The position numbers and the translations under genes are program-made. Of a stretch of DNA of 64,000 nucleotides, positions 63,831 to 64,000 are shown in pieces. This stretch comes from Phoronis australis. Lineage: Eukaryota > Animalia > Phoronida. Position 1 is the first letter of the stretch, and each line of letters opens with the position of its first letter. Location of the stretch: assembly GCA_002633005.1 (NCBI GenBank), contig NMRA01000135.1:741681-805680 (forward strand), written 5' to 3'. The notes beneath the pieces are model-generated. The model saw nothing but the letters and a program-made list of their open reading frames with translations. It ran no database searches and was not told the DNA's origin.

Positions 63831-64000
63831 TAGAGTTAATAGTGGCTGCAGCTGGAATATTACAAACAAAACAGACAAAAGTAAAGACTGGTAACATGGT
63901 AGCCATCCTATAACGCTACTCTCCTCTATCTCATTCTATGTCCAACATCAAGCCTAGTGCTTTCCACTCAGTTTCATGGAAGTCTTTGTCTGCGAGTGAT

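Noticed and set aside
62958-63906. His-rich / Thr-rich / Val-Met-rich long ORFs
   Set aside because: Translation of a (GAT/GGT)n low-complexity tract spanning an N gap.

Overview
AT-rich, repeat-dense genomic DNA from a eukaryote, probably an invertebrate metazoan (GT-AG introns, MITEs, LINE fragments, assembly gaps). Most ORFs in the supplied track are noise. Supportable genes: the last exon of a CCR4/nocturnin/angel/PDE12-type EEP nuclease (1342-1527), an intronless MFSD4/NaGLT1-like MFS transporter (6770-8206), and a 3-exon secreted PAN/apple + fibrinogen-C (FReD) gene with an apparent frameshift (38022-42169). The main result, which the ORF track only shows in pieces, is a pair of paralogous 3-exon genes (27786-31195 + and 53536-56360 -) in the two arms of a large, old inverted duplication (~16.2-32.1 kb vs ~52.7-62.1 kb). 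Each encodes signal peptide + very acidic propeptide + KR site + an 88-aa, extremely Arg-rich (net about +20 / +25) mature domain with neurotrophin/Spaetzle-like cystine-knot Cys spacing. Exon 3 shows a strong excess of amino-acid changes between the copies. The window also holds an inverted dimer of a Kolobok-type (TTAA, THAP, KolX-like) deletion element (18194-21291) sitting exactly at the junction of a ~2.6-kb tandem duplication. All calls are by eye; no database search was run.
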